Shown in pieces: positions 63,541 to 64,000 of a stretch of 64,000 nt of DNA. Numbering within the stretch: the stretch's first letter is position 1; every line of letters starts with the position of its first letter. The stretch covers positions 27,032,001 to 27,096,000 of the forward strand of contig OZ024744.1 of assembly GCA_964016885.1 (NCBI GenBank), written 5' to 3'. Source of the DNA: Eledone cirrhosa (Eukaryota). Below the pieces are notes generated by a model that was not told the origin of the DNA, made no database searches, and was given only the letters and a program-made list of their open reading frames with translations. Made by a program: the position numbers and the translations under genes.

Positions 63541-64000
63541 TCACTTCATGTGGTGGTAAGAAGGGAGGTAAAGCTTAGGGCCAAGGACACCAGAAGTCTC
63601 CACTGCTACGGCTAGGCATCTCAGTGCATGTGGTGGTAAGAAGGCAGGTAAACTTAGGGCCAGGGCCAGCAGAAGTCTCCACTGTTACGGCTAGGCATCT
63701 CAGTGCATGTGGTGGTAAGAAGGCAGGTAAAGCTTAGGGCCAAGGACACCAGAAGTCTCCACTGTTACGGCTAGGCATCTCACTTCATGTGGTGGTAAGA
63801 AGGGAGGTAACCTTAGGGCCAGGGACACCAGAAGTCTACACTGTTACGGCTAGGCATATCAGTGCATGTGGTGGTAAGAGGGAGGTAACCTTAGGGCCAG
63901 GGACACCAGAAGTCTCCACTGTTACGGCTAGGGATCTCAGTGCATGTGGTGGTAATAGGGAGGTAACCTTAGGGCCAGGGACACCCGAAGTCTCCACTGT

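Larger units (their letters stand above)
1..64000. repeat. Tandem satellite DNA array, 79-bp monomer (78/80-bp variants), about 810 copies, single orientation, extending beyond both window ends
   Basis: The consensus GGACACCAGAAGTCTCCACTGTTACGGCTAGGCATCTCAGTGCATGTGGTGGTAAGAAGGGAGGTAACCTTAGGGCCAG (26 G, 20 A, 17 C, 16 T) recurs continuously from base 1 to 64000, typically with only a few substitutions per monomer. No unique sequence, inversion or insertion was seen. Confidence 0.99.

Noticed and set aside
3038-63578. The many short ORFs (61-153 aa) with repeated peptides such as GPGTPEVSTVTARHLSACGGK and MSLALRLPPFLPPHALRCLAV
   Set aside because: They are translations of the satellite. A 79-bp unit shifts frame each copy and reaches a stop roughly every third monomer. 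ORFs lengthen where 78-bp monomers or other indels delay the stop. They overlap on both strands and several frames, often start at non-ATG codons, and show no recognisable domain.
1-64000. CRISPR array or other repeat-spacer system
   Set aside because: There are no unique spacers, because the whole 79 bp is repeated with only point variants. No cas genes or leader are present.
1-64000. Hammerhead ribozyme as in newt, schistosome or cricket satellites
   Set aside because: The core CUGANGA and GAAA boxes are absent from the consensus on both strands. The nearest matches are minus-strand CTGAGAT and the rare plus-strand variant CTGATGC, neither of which fits.
1-64000. True telomeric tract or interstitial telomeric sequence
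   Set aside because: TTAGGG occurs only singly, once per monomer, and never as tandem (TTAGGG)n.
1-64000. Variant order as an information-bearing code or antigenic-variation cassette library
   Set aside because: The variant patterns are explained by nested in-register duplications. No expression locus, recombinase or maintained reading frame is present in the window.
1-64000. Assignment to a named satellite family or organism
   Set aside because: I do not recognise the monomer with confidence. A Dfam, Repbase or BLAST search is needed.

Overview
The whole 64 kb window is one uninterrupted head-to-tail tandem satellite array of about 810 monomers, all in one orientation. The consensus monomer is 79 bp and about 54% GC: GGACACCAGAAGTCTCCACTGTTACGGCTAGGCATCTCAGTGCATGTGGTGGTAAGAAGGGAGGTAACCTTAGGGCCAG. 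Minor 78-bp and 80-bp variants occur. I found no credible protein-coding gene, RNA gene, transposon or CRISPR array. The ORF track is a by-product of the repeat, with ORFs lengthening where 78-bp (3n) monomers hold the frame. The real structure lies in the order of monomer variants. These define nested higher-order repeats (HORs) of 2, 7, 8, 10, 20, 27, 28, 29, 35, 40 and 44 monomers, a roughly 24.2 kb long-range duplication, and four domains with distinct diagnostic variants (about 1-23 kb, 23-47 kb, 47-59 kb and 59-63.5 kb). Each monomer carries one TTAGGG hexamer and a G-rich segment, and a recurrent T>G variant completes a canonical G-quadruplex motif. The organisation is typical of a eukaryotic centromeric, pericentromeric or subtelomeric satellite. 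I cannot name the family or organism from sequence alone, and I see no evidence of a novel gene-based system.
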